Below, piece after piece: positions 62,555-64,000 of a stretch of DNA of 64,000 nt (position 1 is its first letter; every line of letters starts with the position of its first letter). Origin of the DNA: Eledone cirrhosa (lineage: Eukaryota); NCBI GenBank assembly GCA_964016885.1, contig OZ024741.1, forward strand, positions 409,634,001 to 409,698,000. The letters run 5' to 3'. The notes under the pieces were generated by a model. That model did no database searches. It was not told where the DNA came from and saw only the letters and a list, made by a program, of their open reading frames with translations. The translations under genes and the position numbers were made by a program.

Positions 62555-62930
62555 GGGCAGTGGATTAGCAGAATCGGTAGAGTGTCGGACATGTGTTGTG
62601 GCATTGAGTTACGGTTCTTTCTCAGTTAAAACCTTAGCCACATACGATGGAGATTACGATTGTTTGATAGAATTTAAAAGGAAAGTTTTTTTTTATTTGT
62701 TTGTTTTCCCCTCTACCTTGTAGAAATAACATTACTTCCCTATATAAAATCTATGACATTATCTTGCTTGTTATTACCTTTACATTCTCAGTTCAAATCC
62801 CACTGAGGTTAGCTTTGCCTTTCATCTTTACTGGGGTCGATAAAATAAAGTTCCAGTAACAAACTAGGAGTTGATATAATTAACTTTCCCCTCCCCTTCA
62901 AATTGCTGGCCTTGTGCCTAAATCAGAAAC
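62555..62930 (+). mobile_element. Diverged/compound copy of the same SINE family
   Basis: gggcagtggattagcagaatcgg head; gttcaaatcc; tttgcctttcatc...ggggtcgataaaataaag; aattgctggccttgtgcctaaa tail. Confidence 0.7.
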
Positions 62931-63477
62931 TATTAGTTGATGAATTAATGTCCCAGATGCTGACAAAACATATAACCTTCACTAACCTACAACATAAATT
63001 GAAAATATTCAGTTAATTAAAACATTAACGGACAGAATTATAAAATAATGTAATTTTTAAAACATTTCATCAACATAATTGTTATCAACATTATATAAAA
63101 CATTTCATCAACATAATTGTTATCAACATTATATAAAGGCCAGCAATTATCCAGTTTAATAATATACATTATTAATAAAGTTATGGGGAAACGAAGTGAG
63201 TCGGGTCACTTGTAAATATGTCAACTACTTAAAATGCTGTTATACAATACTGTCGTTTAAGACGATGTGGTTTATATAACATTAACTTGGCTGTGAACGT
63301 AATGAGTATCCCTTCTTCTCTAGATATAAACATCTCTCACTCTCTCTCTCTTGTTCATTATTACCATCATATAACAATCTGGGAGATGAATGACTGTAAT
63401 TAGGATCCACCGTATAATCCCATTAAACAAAAGAGGTCCATGGAGATAACCCCAGCTAGGGCAGTGGTGAATTGTTC

Positions 63478-63866
63478 AGAAGTGATGGGAAAAGACCTGA
63501 CGACCTTACCCTGTGCCCCTGGTCGAGAGACAGATACTTTGCTGGGACGTCACAGTTGGTGACTTATTCGTTTGTTCTCACATTCTGGATGCTGCAGTTA
63601 GGGCGAGGGCCACAGCTTCCGCAGCCGAACGGAACAAAATCCTAAAATACTGTGATCTGTCGGCTAACTACATTTTCCAGCCTGTGGTGTTAGGGACGTT
63701 AGGGGGAGTCGGGCTACTGACTGCAAGGTTCCTATCTTCACTGGCGGTTCGCCTAACCGAGGTAACTGGTGATGATCGTGAGAGCACTTCGTTTTTCCAG
63801 CACCTCAGCCTCGCCATCATCCGAGGTAACGCTGCGAGCGTGCTCGCTTGCCTAAAAATTCATTAG
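63478..63866 (+). mobile_element. CRE-clade non-LTR retrotransposon fragment: restriction-like endonuclease C-terminus
   Basis: RSDGKRPD-LTLCPW (frameshift) ...WDVT...AAERNKILKY...FQPVVLGTLG...TGDDRE...QHLSLAIIRGNAASV, the typical PD-(D/E)xK RLE tail of CRE elements. Confidence 0.8.
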
Positions 63867-64000
63867 AGGTTTCCCAGTGCTCCTCTGACAGCAGTTCGTT
63901 TGTCCACCCCTTTCGCCTGCCTTTTGTATGTTCCTAGATGTGTGTGTTTATTGTTGCTTTTCTTTTCTCCTTTTCCTTTCTTTTTTGTTTCTGTTTTCCC

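Noticed and set aside
55781-64000. First coding exon(s) of the heparanase-like gene (candidate near 62940-62990); likewise exons after exon D in 1-17341
   Set aside because: No frame with a recognisable FLSVTLD-, YY..G- or WLGET-like motif and splice sites was found. These exons probably lie outside the window.

Overview
AT-rich, microsatellite-laden animal (eukaryotic) DNA. The repeat content ((TA)n tracts, (GAT)n-tailed RTE LINEs, tRNA-head Nin/Deu-type SINEs) looks octopus/cephalopod-like, which is an inference. The whole window lies inside one minus-strand host gene, a heparanase-family (GH79) glycosidase. Four coding exons could be spliced by eye with GT-AG boundaries and matching phases: 55635-55780, 54154-54327, 21919-22099 and 17342-17389. 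The catalytic acid/base Glu codon is split by a 32,054-bp intron. The predicted protein seems to lack the mammalian inhibitory linker and both basic heparin-binding patches. The introns contain a CsRn1-clade Gypsy element, a near-full-length CR1-group LINE with an unusual ORF1, further CR1 and RTE copies, a Penelope GIY-YIG fragment, a CRE-type RLE fragment, Helitrons (one a head-to-tail dimer), SINEs and a hairpin-array MITE. There are four large satellites (49, 15, 42 and 46-49 bp units), the last one amplified from an RTE 3' UTR. There is also a dense set of type I hammerhead ribozyme motifs, most of them in long inverted repeats or perfect palindromes. Most long ORFs in the ORF track are repeat artefacts. 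All folds and alignments were done by eye, and comparisons to human HPSE are from memory.
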